This document shows, in pieces, positions 8,340 to 17,090 of a DNA stretch of 29,313 nucleotides. The DNA comes from an uncultured Oscillospiraceae bacterium (GTDB taxonomy: Bacteria; Bacillota; Clostridia; Peptostreptococcales; Anaerovoracaceae). The stretch lies in the NCBI GenBank assembly GCA_964523955.1, contig CAZGBL010000002.1, forward strand, positions 1-29,313, given 5' to 3'. Every line of letters starts with the position of its first letter. Position 1 is the stretch's first letter. The translations under genes were made by a program, and so were the position numbers. A model generated the notes under the pieces. The model saw only the letters and a program-made list of their open reading frames with translations. It did not search any database and was not told where the DNA came from.

Positions 8340-11300
8340 TCATTTCTTTCTCCTGAAAACAGAAGCCAACTTGCTTTTTGGCCTGGCTTCATCGATTTTG
8401 CGCTCCATTTCGCTGACGCGTTTTTTGATATCTTTTCGGTTCGGATTGTATCTCAGCAGCTTCTGATAATCAGAAAGCGCCTTCTCCGTATTTCCGATCT
8501 TTTCATATGCCATTCCACGAAAACGGTAAGCCGACTCTACTGCCGCCGTATTTACAACATTCTGATTTGTAATCACCTTACGGAACGCTTCAATCGCATC
8601 GTCGTATTTTTCCATATGATAAAGCGCTACGCCTTTATTAACATATAAATTGACATAATCACCGTTAATCGCTATCCCACGATCTGCCGCCTCTGCAGCC
8701 TCTTTGTAACGTCCTGCCGCATTACAACACTTTGAAATATAACTGTATGCCTTTAAATTATCGATTTCACGCATCACGATTTCTCTAAAATTTGAGATAG
8801 CAGCGTTATTATCGCCTCTGAGATGACAGATAATTCCTTTTACCATGTAACCGTCTGTCATTTCAGGATTTAAGCTGATCGCTCTTTCCACATCCCTGAG
8901 CGCCTGTTCGTATCTTCCGTTTTCCGCCTTGTACTTAGCCAGACTGATATAGCTTTGACGATATTTCGGATCCAAACTGATAGCTTTATTAAAATAAAAT
9001 TCAGGATCAGAACCGTACTCATCGATGATTTCGCTTAACACTTCATGCGCTTCATCCTTGCCCTCAGAATATTTTCGGAGATGTGCAGCACGATGTTCTC
9101 TTACCATCTTATCCGGTGAATTCTGCTCCTTCTGATCTTTCGGCAGAACCTTTTCATCGAGATTCCCTGATAACAGGTTCTTATCCGATTCTGCAGAAGA
9201 TTGCTCCCCATCGCCGAGGCTGTTTTCTCCGGCCTGTTCTCCTTCCGCTCCATCGCTGCCGTATACGTCCGATTTCTTCGTCTCAGGCGTATCGCCGCCG
9301 CGTTCCTTCATCTTTTCCTCTGCGCTATCATCCGAAACTCCAGAAACTTCAGCCGTTTCATCAGCAGCAGAGCCTTCTGCCGGCCCATCTCCCATTTCTT
9401 CCTCTTCGCTCATGTCCTCTGCTGTCTCCTCAATATCATAAAGAGATATGATATTGCCTAAAATCACATAAGCTTCTGCGTCATTGGAACGAATCTTCAA
9501 CGAAGCTTTGATGTCGGCAGCCGCTTCATCATCTTTGCCCCGTTCTTCTAACAAAATAGCTCTCCGTTTTAAGGAAATGTAATCTTCAGGATTCAGCTCG
9601 ATGGCTTTCGTATAATACTTTTCCGCACTGCGCTTATCACCGGTTTCAAAACACTTATCCGCATAAGCATAAACATAGGTATGATTTTTCGGCTCCAGAT
9701 CCGCCGCGTTTTTCAGCCACTTCAGCGCATCCTTTTCGTTCCCTTTTTCCGACTCTATTCTTCCCAGCAGATAATGGAGCTCTCCTGACTGCAGATCTTC
9801 AGAAAGCAGTGTTCCTGCTATGACTTCGGCAGCCGCATATTTCCCTAACATAAAAAGGATCTCTGCTTTCAGGCCGAACAGTTCCTTTGACGCAGGCGCT
9901 ACGCACAGACCCGCTTCTGCTGCAGAAAGAGCCGCATGATACTTCTCCTCGGAAAGATATGCTCTGGCAGCCGCAATATAAAATACCGCATTGTCAGAGC
10001 CTGCGCTCATAGCATTTTCCAGAAAATCCACACCCTTCTTCTCATCATGAGGCGTTCGTTCCATGTAAACAAGCCCTGCATATCCGTCAACATCGTAACT
10101 TCTCACCGACATTTTCGCAACATCGCTGCGGAATACCAGAAGTTCGGCATTTCGCTCCTGTTCATATAAAAGAGCTGCCTTGATACTGCAGACACTTGCC
10201 GGATCGTCTCCTGCTTTCAAAGCTTCGTCATACATACTGAGCGCTCCGTCATAATCTCTCTTTAACTGAAGAATCATCCCTTTCATGATTCTGACGCCCT
10301 TCAGTTCGGGATCCTTTGTCAAAGCCTCGTTAAAAGATTTAAGCGCGTTGGAAAACTTACCTTCTGAAATTTCACATCTGCCTTTCAGCGCCATGATATG
10401 CGCCGTTTTTTGATCCTCTTTTAACTGGCCTATGGCTTCTCTACAGGCTTCGTATCTGCCGACGTTGAAATAGATTTCCGGCAATACATCACGTTCCACA
10501 TCTTCTTCTTTATGCTCTCCTACGATCTTACAATCGATATCATAGATGAGATCTTCTGCCTTTTCGCGAAATTCCGAATCTTTCCTAAGATCAGAGAGAA
10601 CTCTTCGCGCTTCCGCATCACGATTCATCAAACAGAGCACTACCGCCTTTTTATACGCAAGAGCTGCAGACTGCGGATATTCGGAACCTTTTTTTATCAG
10701 ATCGTAATACGCTTCCGTCATCCGTCCCCGCTGGAGCAGTTCATCGATATCTCTATCGATTTTAAAAATCTCTCTCTTTTTTTCCAGAGCCGCGTCTGCT
10801 CTGGAAGGAGTGGCAGACTCTTTGGCAGCGCTCAGCCCGTCCAGATTAGAAAGAGCGTACCGCGCCTCTCCAGCCAGTTTATCGTCATGATCCAAAACTG
10901 CAGTAAGCCGTTTCCTATGGCAGAATGCTTCCAGATCATCTGGCTCTGCTGCAGCGGCTGCATTATAATAAAACAGGGCGTCTTCCCTTCTTCCATAAGC
11001 TTCGAGAACCATGCCTTTCAGCAGCTGAGCTTTTACCGTATTCACATTGAAATCCAAAAGGATTTCCGCCAGATAGTCTGTTTCTTTTGTCTTGCCCTCT
11101 TCCAAAAGAATCTTTCCCAGCGGATAATAGGCGTCAAACTGTCTATAATCCTCCGCGATAATATCCTGATACAGCTGTCCCGCTTTTTTTCTCGATCCGC
11201 CTCGTTCTAAACGAGCCGCGTCTGCCATCCGCAAAGAAAGCTCTTCTCTTTTTATCATATTTGACCGCTGACCATGATCAGAACCCGAAGCGGCAGCGTC

Positions 11301-12017
11301 CAACTTTGCTAAAAGCGATGAATCGCAGCCGCCTGCACCGAAGAGCTCCTCAGCTTTCGCATAAAGAGCTTGCGCCTGTGAATAATGCTTTCTGGACATG
11401 TGTATGTCGCCTAACAGCTCATAAGCGTCTGCAGACGCATAGGATGATGATAAAATATCGGATAAAATCCGCTCTGCGGAAGAAAAGTCAAAACGCAGAT
11501 AAGCAGCCCGCGCTTTCATCAGCGCAATATCAGGATGATCGCCGCAAATCTGTTCCGCTTCCAGTATTTTCTTTTCCGCAAGGTAAATCTGACGCTTCTT
11601 CAGATGAAAATCAGCAGCTTCCGCTGCTTTTACAATTTTTGTAAGTTGTGTTTCCGAAAGCTCCGCAGGAAGCAGAGAATATCTGACAGGATCTTTCACC
11701 ACCATTTTATTATAGAGTTCCCGAACAATCTTCGCTGAGTAAAATTCGGACAGAAGCGCCGGCTGATTCCTCAGCTCTACTGTCCGGAAAAGACTTCTGA
11801 CGGCAGCGACCGGAATGTGTTCATGAGCCATTACAAATTCTGCCGCCGTTTTGACCGTCTCCTCAGGACAAATTTCATACGATCCGCTCACCGCATTTTT
11901 CCATGCAGATCGATCGATCCGCTTTGCAAACTCGTCATATATATTTTTAAGTGTTTTTTTTAATTCCACAATAATCTCATTTTTATTCATCGCGTCCTTT
12001 TTCTCCCTGTGTTTCAT
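8340..12017 (-). CDS. Large cytoplasmic tetratricopeptide-repeat (TPR) protein with an acidic low-complexity insert
   Basis: 1225 aa. Many TPR-like units (ADAYELLGDIHM..HYSQAQALYAKAEEL; AYADKCFETGDKRSAEKYYTKAIELNP; AYRFRGMAYEKIGNTEKALSDYQKLLRYNP); an E/D/G/S-rich segment of about 140 aa at about 9005-9435; no signal peptide or TM helix seen. Confidence 0.88.
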   Translation of the reverse strand: MKHREKKDAMNKNEIIVELKKTLKNIYDEFAKRIDRSAWKNAVSGSYEICPEETVKTAAEFVMAHEHIPVAAVRSLFRTVELRNQPALLSEFYSAKIVRELYNKMVVKDPVRYSLLPAELSETQLTKIVKAAEAADFHLKKRQIYLAEKKILEAEQICGDHPDIALMKARAAYLRFDFSSAERILSDILSSSYASADAYELLGDIHMSRKHYSQAQALYAKAEELFGAGGCDSSLLAKLDAAASGSDHGQRSNMIKREELSLRMADAARLERGGSRKKAGQLYQDIIAEDYRQFDAYYPLGKILLEEGKTKETDYLAEILLDFNVNTVKAQLLKGMVLEAYGRREDALFYYNAAAAAEPDDLEAFCHRKRLTAVLDHDDKLAGEARYALSNLDGLSAAKESATPSRADAALEKKREIFKIDRDIDELLQRGRMTEAYYDLIKKGSEYPQSAALAYKKAVVLCLMNRDAEARRVLSDLRKDSEFREKAEDLIYDIDCKIVGEHKEEDVERDVLPEIYFNVGRYEACREAIGQLKEDQKTAHIMALKGRCEISEGKFSNALKSFNEALTKDPELKGVRIMKGMILQLKRDYDGALSMYDEALKAGDDPASVCSIKAALLYEQERNAELLVFRSDVAKMSVRSYDVDGYAGLVYMERTPHDEKKGVDFLENAMSAGSDNAVFYIAAARAYLSEEKYHAALSAAEAGLCVAPASKELFGLKAEILFMLGKYAAAEVIAGTLLSEDLQSGELHYLLGRIESEKGNEKDALKWLKNAADLEPKNHTYVYAYADKCFETGDKRSAEKYYTKAIELNPEDYISLKRRAILLEERGKDDEAAADIKASLKIRSNDAEAYVILGNIISLYDIEETAEDMSEEEEMGDGPAEGSAADETAEVSGVSDDSAEEKMKERGGDTPETKKSDVYGSDGAEGEQAGENSLGDGEQSSAESDKNLLSGNLDEKVLPKDQKEQNSPDKMVREHRAAHLRKYSEGKDEAHEVLSEIIDEYGSDPEFYFNKAISLDPKYRQSYISLAKYKAENGRYEQALRDVERAISLNPEMTDGYMVKGIICHLRGDNNAAISNFREIVMREIDNLKAYSYISKCCNAAGRYKEAAEAADRGIAINGDYVNLYVNKGVALYHMEKYDDAIEAFRKVITNQNVVNTAAVESAYRFRGMAYEKIGNTEKALSDYQKLLRYNPNRKDIKKRVSEMERKIDEARPKSKLASVFRRKK

Positions 12018-12220
12018 CAGAATACAGATTTCGCCGCTTCTTTTCCTTTTTATTCGCCGAAAAGTAAAGTCAAAATCCTTCTATAGTCCCTACAGAAAAC
12101 CCCTGTCATTTTCGGATGCCAGGCGCGGATTTCATCGATTGACAAGCAAAATCCTCCGTCCGGCTCTATATGATGAACGCTTTTTACAGCAGCGCTGCGT
12201 CAATCTGATTCTTCTCGTAC

Positions 12221-12229
12221 ATTATATCA
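12221..12229 (-). promoter_or_regulatory. Putative sigma-A extended -10 promoter for the TPR gene operon
   Basis: Minus strand TGA-TATAAT (perfect TGn-TATAAT), about 200 nt upstream of the TPR start; -35 is weak (TAGTAA). Confidence 0.5.
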
Positions 12230-12237
12230 TTCTGATG

Positions 12238-12266
12238 GTATCTTTACTACAAATTCGGACAGACTA
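12238..12266 (+). promoter_or_regulatory. Putative forespore sigma-G/sigma-F-type promoter for the ger operon
   Basis: GTATC-N17-CAGACTA, one mismatch in each box to the sigma-G consensus GTATA-N17-CATACTA; the -10 is preceded by GG (GGACAGACTA, sigma-F-like); 46 nt upstream of the GerA start. Confidence 0.4.
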
Positions 12267-12312
12267 ATTTTAGTTTTAACGACAGGAACACAGGGAAAGG
12301 AAGCGATATATT

Positions 12313-13791
12313 ATGCCGGAAAAAAAGCTGGTTTCATCCCGCCTCAAGGATAATATCGACTATTTAGACAGTCTTTTCAAAAATGACATCACTGTAAAAA
12401 TCAGACAATTTTCAAATGTCTCTGACAATGAGATTAAAATGTGTGTATTTTTCATAGATGGATTGACAAGTGAAGAATTTATCAGTGAAGATATTATTTC
12501 GCCGATTATGCTCTCTAAAGATCTGCACCGGAATACAGATCTCTTCGTGACAATACGTGATAGAGTCCTTATCGGCTGTAATATTAAATGCAGCGACGAT
12601 ATGTCTGAACTCATCAGATCCTTCCTGTTAGGAGATGCGGTTTTTCTCGTCGACGGTCATCCTCAGGGAATCATCATCTCCGCAAAAAACTGGGCCATTC
12701 GGTCGGTAGATGAACCGGATTCAGAAAAGGTCATCCGGGGTCCTCACGAAGGATTTAATGAATCGATCATGACAAACCTGTCTCTTATCCGCAGAAAAAT
12801 TACGAACCCCGACCTAAAATATGAATTTTTCACTGTGGGACGAAAATCCCAGACTCTGCTCTGTATGTGTTACATGGATGGATTGGCAGATAAAAAAATT
12901 CTGGAGGAAATGCGGCGGCGCATTAACAGTGTAAATATCGACTGTATTATCGATGCGGAATATGTGGAAGAAATCATCAAAGACGGCCGTTATTCTCCGT
13001 TCAAAACCGTCGGTTCTACGGAAAGACCGGATATTGCCGCGTCAAAGCTCATGGAAGGACGTATCGCGCTCGTCATCAACGGAACTCCTGTAGTTCTCAC
13101 CGCACCTTTCGTCTTCTTAGAGTATTTCACGTCGGGCGACGATTATTACAACGACGCTTACTACGCCACATTTAACCGCATACTTCGATTTATCGGCTTC
13201 TTCTTTACGGTCAGTCTGCCGGCGCTTTATATCGCATTGATCACACATCATATCCAGATGCTGCCGATTCATTTTTTGATCGCCGCTGCCGGAAGCAGGC
13301 AAGGAATGCCATTCTCCTCTTTGGCTGAAACGCTTATTTTAATTCTTATCTTTGAAATGGTTCGAGAGGGAAGCGCCAAAATTCCTTCCAGTATCGGCAC
13401 AGCGTTTTCTATCGTCGGAGGTATCGTTTTGGGGGAAGCGGCGGTAAGCGCTCATTTCGTCAGTCTTCCGATCATCATCATAGTCGCATTCTCTGGAATC
13501 ACCGGACTGATCATTCCCGAGCTGAAAGGCTCTGTTATCGTCATCCGTCTCGCTCTCTTATTTCTGGCTGCATCTATGGGAATTTTCGGATATTTCATCG
13601 GTATCATGATGCTCATCTTCGCCGTATGCTCTTTGGAATCTTTCGGCATTCCCTATAATTCACTTACTGTGAGAGGATTCCGCCAGATCTTTGCCGATAC
13701 CTTCGTTCGCGATGTATGGCCGAACATGAAAAAAAGACCTGTAGTCTCCGGAACGGATGACATACACAGACAGGGGGATGAATCATATTGA
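12313..13791 (+). CDS. gerKA: Spore germination receptor subunit A (GerA/GerKA family)
   Basis: 492 aa. FFIDGL, RSVDEPDSEKVIRGPHEGFNESIMTNLSLIRRKI, YSPFKTVGSTERPDIAASKLMEGRIALVINGTP, FEMVREGSAKIPSSIGTAFSIVGGIVLGEAAVSA, SLESFGIPY. Confidence 0.92.
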   Translation: MPEKKLVSSRLKDNIDYLDSLFKNDITVKIRQFSNVSDNEIKMCVFFIDGLTSEEFISEDIISPIMLSKDLHRNTDLFVTIRDRVLIGCNIKCSDDMSELIRSFLLGDAVFLVDGHPQGIIISAKNWAIRSVDEPDSEKVIRGPHEGFNESIMTNLSLIRRKITNPDLKYEFFTVGRKSQTLLCMCYMDGLADKKILEEMRRRINSVNIDCIIDAEYVEEIIKDGRYSPFKTVGSTERPDIAASKLMEGRIALVINGTPVVLTAPFVFLEYFTSGDDYYNDAYYATFNRILRFIGFFFTVSLPALYIALITHHIQMLPIHFLIAAAGSRQGMPFSSLAETLILILIFEMVREGSAKIPSSIGTAFSIVGGIVLGEAAVSAHFVSLPIIIIVAFSGITGLIIPELKGSVIVIRLALLFLAASMGIFGYFIGIMMLIFAVCSLESFGIPYNSLTVRGFRQIFADTFVRDVWPNMKKRPVVSGTDDIHRQGDESY

Positions 13792-14501
13792 GAATCCGGC
13801 ATTATATCATCATTCCATTCATCATATTGATGATGATTTTTGGGCTGGCCTCGTTCAATAAAGGACACCTGGATAACATTTCTATCATTACCTGTATCGA
13901 AATTCAGAAATCAGACGACGATATCTATCACATGAGAGCAGAAATTGCCGATACCAGCGGCGGTGACGCAAAACCATCAGAAGCCAATCTCATATCAGCA
14001 GAGGGAATGTCGATAAAAGAAGCTTATCAAAATCTCTCTAATATCGATAGCAGCAGTATTTATACCGGCCACGTCCGGCTGATACTTTTCGATCTGGATA
14101 CTGCAGAAGAAGAAGGTTTTGAAAATCTCGCTGATTTTATCCTGGACAATGACGATATGAGATTCAATATTCAGATCGCTCTCTATGATTCAAAATCAGG
14201 AGATGTACTTGAAACAGAAACTTTTATTACGGGAAATAAAGGACTCGATGTCAGCCGAGGCATTAGAAATGCCGCTGCAAAAGGAACAAACGTCAACACG
14301 GAGGCTTTTCAGGTTATCAACTCCATCGGAGAAAAAGCACCTGTTTATTTTCCGGTCATCGGTACGATGCCCATGAATGACCGGATGATTTCCTATGTTG
14401 CGGATACTGCCGTTTTTTACGACGACAATCTAAAAAGCCGGGGAAAACTCAGCGATATCACGGCGGATACCGTTGGAAAGGAGGAATCTACAGATGAATA
14501 A
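13788..14501 (+). CDS. Ger(x)C-like germination protein, N-terminal domain only, no lipobox Cys
   Basis: 237 aa; TTG start overlapping the gerA stop (TTGA). Hydrophobic N-terminus, then LDNISIITCIEIQK..YHMRAEI, AEGMSIKEA..NLS, IYTGHVRLILF, DFILDNDDMRFN resembling the GerC N-domain; located between the A and B subunit genes. Confidence 0.7.
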   Translation: MRIRHYIIIPFIILMMIFGLASFNKGHLDNISIITCIEIQKSDDDIYHMRAEIADTSGGDAKPSEANLISAEGMSIKEAYQNLSNIDSSSIYTGHVRLILFDLDTAEEEGFENLADFILDNDDMRFNIQIALYDSKSGDVLETETFITGNKGLDVSRGIRNAAAKGTNVNTEAFQVINSIGEKAPVYFPVIGTMPMNDRMISYVADTAVFYDDNLKSRGKLSDITADTVGKEESTDE

Positions 14502-15417
14502 TAATCTAAACCTTTCTTCGATGACCTTTTTTTCTGACAAAAGAAGCCTTTTTTTCATCGCGCTTCTCTATTTTTCTGACGCCCTCCTGATCTGTTCTCA
14601 TCGTTCTGTTACCGACAGCTTTGGATGGGTTTCGGTTATTATCTCAGGATTGATTTCTTCCGGATTCGTTTTATTATTTGCGAAAATATCCCGTCACACA
14701 GGAGTCGGTCTCTTTTTCCTCATTCTTTCTAAAACAGCCGCTGTCATTTTCATCACAGTGTCGCTCTTTCTCTTCGCCAATTTCATCCAGTGCTGCATCA
14801 ATATGGCGGTCGTTTCCTGGTTGATTCCGGCCTTTATTCTGCTTACAGCCGCATTTGCCGCATTCAAAGACTTCGCGATTATCAAGAGAAGCGCGTCCAT
14901 TTTAGCAGCGATCATCGCGGTCTTCCTCATATTTTCACTAATCATCCTATGGAACAGAATACACTTTTCCAATATCTATCACTTGTTCCAGAGTCGGCAA
15001 TCACTTTTCAAGCAAGTAATTTTCTATACTGCCATTTTTACAATAAAAGGCATACTTCTCATAGAAATTCTTCGGGTTGAAAACAAAATGGATAATACGG
15101 ATTCTCGTATCGTCATCTCCGCCATCTCCATATCTTGTGTACTCATCGCGGCGATACAGCTCATCACACTGACTGTTTTAGGCGACCGGCTGTATTCTCT
15201 GATCGATTATCCCATATATTATACTCTGGGTCTCACAAGATACGGCGACTATTTTGAACGTGCGGAAGTCATCTCACTTGCAATCTTTATGATCACCCTT
15301 ACCTTCAAAATATCTGTGCTCATGCGCCTCGTATTTCCGCATCATCAGAAAAAAGAACAAACTGAACCAGCTTCTGAAGAATCCGGTGCCTCGCTCATGC
15401 CCGGCAACGATCTTTAA
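14494..15417 (+). CDS. Ger(x)B-like APC-family germination permease subunit
   Basis: Polytopic membrane protein of about 307 aa with DSFGWVSVIISGL, LTVLG..LYSLIDYPIY, YGDYFERAEVISLAIFMI (GerAB-like FERxE motif). ATG 14494 has RBS AAGGAGG and is preferred to TTG 14473. Confidence 0.75.
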   Translation: MNNNLNLSSMTFFSDKRSLFFIALLYFSDALLICSHRSVTDSFGWVSVIISGLISSGFVLLFAKISRHTGVGLFFLILSKTAAVIFITVSLFLFANFIQCCINMAVVSWLIPAFILLTAAFAAFKDFAIIKRSASILAAIIAVFLIFSLIILWNRIHFSNIYHLFQSRQSLFKQVIFYTAIFTIKGILLIEILRVENKMDNTDSRIVISAISISCVLIAAIQLITLTVLGDRLYSLIDYPIYYTLGLTRYGDYFERAEVISLAIFMITLTFKISVLMRLVFPHHQKKEQTEPASEESGASLMPGNDL

Positions 15418-15506
15418 CGCTCTGACGCATCACATTTATCACGGATTAAGGCCTGTCGAATTGAAAATAGGTACTCAAGAAAAAAGACAAAAAAGACGGA
15501 TAAAAA

Positions 15507-15577
15507 TGATATACTCCCCATAATGCAGACACTCGAAATAACAAAAATTTCGAGATTACGCTATGGGGAGCATATCA
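15507..15577. mobile_element. 71-bp IS3/IS150-like miniature inverted-repeat element (MITE or IS-end remnant)
   Basis: Begins TG and ends CA. 16-bp terminal IR TGATATACTCCCCATA / TATGGGGAGCATATCA (1 mismatch); internal GCAGACA motif and 8-bp inner hairpin CTCGAAAT/ATTTCGAG; AAAA on both flanks (possible target duplication); no transposase. Confidence 0.5.
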
Positions 15578-15601
15578 AAAAGCGATCGCTTTTCTTTCCT
15601 G

Positions 15602-16120
15602 CTACAGATCATTATACTTTATAGCAGAAAGTAATACCATAACTCCTGCCAAGATCAGATAAATTCCTGTAAACATGACGAGAACATCGACGCCCCAAAC
15701 AGGAACAATACACATCAGAACGCCGAACACTATATGTATTACTCCGAACAGAATATTCTTATTCTTATCGCTGCCCGCACGCGAATGCGCTCTCGCCACA
15801 TTAAAACGATCTATACCCGCCGCGAATGCTATCACTCCGATAAAAACGCCCACGACGCGAATCATCATTCTTGTATGCCCCATCAAATAAATGCCGCAGA
15901 TCATCAATAGAATCCCACACAGCAACTTCGGGACGGGCAGTTCTCCATATTTTCTCATCATAAGAGCGCCTGTCAGAAAATAACCGCCCGCCACAAATAC
16001 GACAACCCCCACTGAGAGACCGAAAAAAGCTATGACCTGATTTTTAAACGCATAACATACGATTCCCAAAGCGATCAGAACAAAACCTGATAAAACGCCA
16101 AACCGCCTGAAATAATCCAT
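15602..16120 (-). CDS. HdeD/DUF308-family integral membrane protein
   Basis: About six Gly-rich TM segments (SGFVLIALGIV, LCGILLMICGIYLM, ILFGVIHIVFGVLM, LVMFTGIYLILAGV). ATG 16120 is preferred because TTG 16141 lies upstream of the predicted transcription start. Confidence 0.75.
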   Translation of the reverse strand: MDYFRRFGVLSGFVLIALGIVCYAFKNQVIAFFGLSVGVVVFVAGGYFLTGALMMRKYGELPVPKLLCGILLMICGIYLMGHTRMMIRVVGVFIGVIAFAAGIDRFNVARAHSRAGSDKNKNILFGVIHIVFGVLMCIVPVWGVDVLVMFTGIYLILAGVMVLLSAIKYNDL

Positions 16121-16145
16121 AATCTTACACCTTCCTTTCAAAAGG

Positions 16146-16154
16146 AGTATAACA
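16146..16154 (-). promoter_or_regulatory. Putative extended -10 promoter for the HdeD-family gene
   Basis: Minus strand TGT-TATACT, about 25 nt upstream of ATG 16120. Confidence 0.45.
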
Positions 16155-16190
16155 CAGTTTAGCGATCTGTACCATCCGGGTCTTTTCCAT

Positions 16191-17069
16191 TCAGGAAAGT
16201 ATATTATCCATAAAATGAATAATCTTTTCCTTCACGCCAATCAGCCCTCCGATCCTTTGTGAAAAATATTCGCTTTCTGGATCATGTACTTCAAGTGACG
16301 ATTGTTCTGCTGCCGCAGCGTAAATCCCCTCTTTTGCTTTTTCTGAAGGCTCACATGTTTTCTCAGAAGAATTATGTTGGAGACGAATCAGATCTTCTGC
16401 CAGATTAATATATCCGCGAATCCCATATTCATTTCCGAGCACCTGATTCCTGTAATCTGCCAGAGTTCCTGTCGTTCCTCTCCCACTGCTGCGAAGAGCT
16501 GCTGCGTCATCGATAAAATTCGCTATCAGCATTTTAAGAGGTTTTGTCGTTCGATATCCCGGAAGATATAACAATTTGAGCGACTGATCTTCAGAAGATA
16601 CAAAAATACGGTCTATTCGAAAAGACACATATTCAGAAAAAATCAGATAATCCTCACAGGATCGAATTAAATTCAGAAGCCTTGCTGTCAATTCCAGTAT
16701 GACGACATCTGAAAGATCTCGATTTTTCAAATAGACACTGAGATTCTTATAGTCTGTCATCTTATAAAATACGTCAAGGTCTGATCCGTTCCTGACCGTA
16801 TACATTTCCACAAACGCCGGACATCTGTTGTTCAGAATCACATTGTTTTCGTAAGAACTCACAACAGCTTTCGCAAACCTCATATGAAGCCGGCGTTCCC
16901 CTCCCCTCTGCTGATAGAGGTTTTGCAATCCATAACCGTCTGCCGTATTGCTGCCGCAGACATATTCTGAAGAACGATTCTTGCAGGATTCTTCCGCTTT
17001 TTTCTCAAAATACCTGATGTCATTCACACTGTAACTCAAACGCTCTTTCCCCCTTTCTTCCGCATCCAT
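16191..17069 (-). CDS. DUF6382-like (kinase-fold-like) Tad-associated protein lacking the usual FHA domain
   Basis: Core NNVILNNRCPAFVEMYTVRNGSDLDVFYKMTDYKNLSVYL...LLNLIRSCEDYLI..EYVSFRIDRIFV...LKLLYLPGY resembles DUF6382, which ends clostridial tad operons. No TM or FHA at the C-terminus. Alternative start ATG 16883. Confidence 0.6.
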   Translation of the reverse strand: MDAEERGKERLSYSVNDIRYFEKKAEESCKNRSSEYVCGSNTADGYGLQNLYQQRGGERRLHMRFAKAVVSSYENNVILNNRCPAFVEMYTVRNGSDLDVFYKMTDYKNLSVYLKNRDLSDVVILELTARLLNLIRSCEDYLIFSEYVSFRIDRIFVSSEDQSLKLLYLPGYRTTKPLKMLIANFIDDAAALRSSGRGTTGTLADYRNQVLGNEYGIRGYINLAEDLIRLQHNSSEKTCEPSEKAKEGIYAAAAEQSSLEVHDPESEYFSQRIGGLIGVKEKIIHFMDNILS

Positions 17070-17090
17070 CTTCGCCGACCTTCCAATTCC

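Noticed and set aside
10512-11210. 232-aa plus-strand ORF
   Set aside because: Entirely antisense to the TPR gene; no motif or RBS.
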